From a virus (lineage: Duplodnaviria; Caudoviricetes), in the IMG/VR virus record IMGVR_UViG_3300032312_001422, positions 1-64,000 of that record: DNA of 64,000 nt. The stretch is one strand, 5' to 3'. Numbering within the stretch: position 1 is the stretch's first letter; each line of letters starts with the position of its first letter. The notes under the pieces were generated by a model. The model was not told the DNA's origin. It was given only the letters and a program-made list of their open reading frames with translations, and did no database searches. Both the position numbers and the translations under genes were made by a program. Positions 63,804 through 64,000 of this stretch are shown here, piece by piece.

Positions 63804-64000
63804 ATGTTTACCAAGTTGCATATTGAATATGCTGACCCTACTGACCTGCATGACTCCGTTGTAGTGTTATACTGCATACGACCTACCGCTGTAGCACAAC
63901 GCTGGGTTCAAAAAGTATTACTAGCCAAACAACAATACTCAATAGATGATCCCCAACGCTTTTATGGTTTTGGTAGTTATGAATATCAGGTCGAGGATGC
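63804..64000 (+). CDS. Hypothetical protein, 3' partial
   Basis: Open frame from ATG 63804 to window end; promoter TAGACT-17-TATAAT at 63769-63797. Confidence 0.6.
   Translation, partial: MFTKLHIEYADPTDLHDSVVVLYCIRPTAVAQRWVQKVLLAKQQYSIDDPQRFYGFGSYEYQVED

Noticed and set aside
1-64000. Bacterial chromosome or prophage origin suggested by iscU, rpsU, clpS, nrdAB and ugd
   Set aside because: These genes are interleaved with T4-like primase/helicase, PAAR, fibres and TAAATA late promoters, lack their normal operon partners, and no integrase or att site is seen.
1-64000. Stop-codon reassignment as in some large phages
   Set aside because: Known proteins are full length in code 11, and TAA, TAG and TGA all terminate genes at expected positions.
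1-64000. tRNA, rRNA, CRISPR array or diversity-generating retroelement
   Set aside because: No cloverleaf or T-loop motif, no regularly spaced repeats, and no reverse transcriptase or TR/VR pair seen by eye; tRNAscan-SE was not run.

Overview
This window reads as 64 kb of a large lytic T4-like (myovirus-type) dsDNA phage genome in the standard genetic code. Its host-derived genes (iscU, iscA, class Ia nrdAB, desA, rpsU, clpS) are proteobacterial in style, most likely from a freshwater betaproteobacterial host; this is inference from sequence style, not a database result. Core phage functions: primase, DnaB-like helicase, exonuclease, NrdAB with glutaredoxin, PAAR spike, SleB hydrolase, UV endonuclease, fibre and LamG virion proteins. 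Many sigma70 early promoters (TTGACN-17-TATAAT) and T4-late-like TAAATA elements are present. The most notable region is 40-52 kb. It holds a curli/type VIII secretion module (csgF, csgG fused to an SH3-like domain, curlin, FecR, autotransporter barrel), then a plcP-like phosphoesterase and an agt-like glycosyltransferase preceded by two Pho-box-like arrays (candidate phage-encoded phosphorus-sparing lipid remodelling), a CHASE2 adenylate cyclase and a fatty-acid desaturase. Other candidates: paired ROSE-like thermometers before hsp20 and a phasin-like gene (with a PhaR-like operator), a Pol-beta NTase plus RNA-ligase-like pair carrying possible head-targeting N-termini, several structured leaders, and a Ugd/oxygenase/amidinotransferase cluster. 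I found no tRNA, rRNA, CRISPR array, integrase or intein. All family assignments come from motifs recognised by eye, with no searches run.
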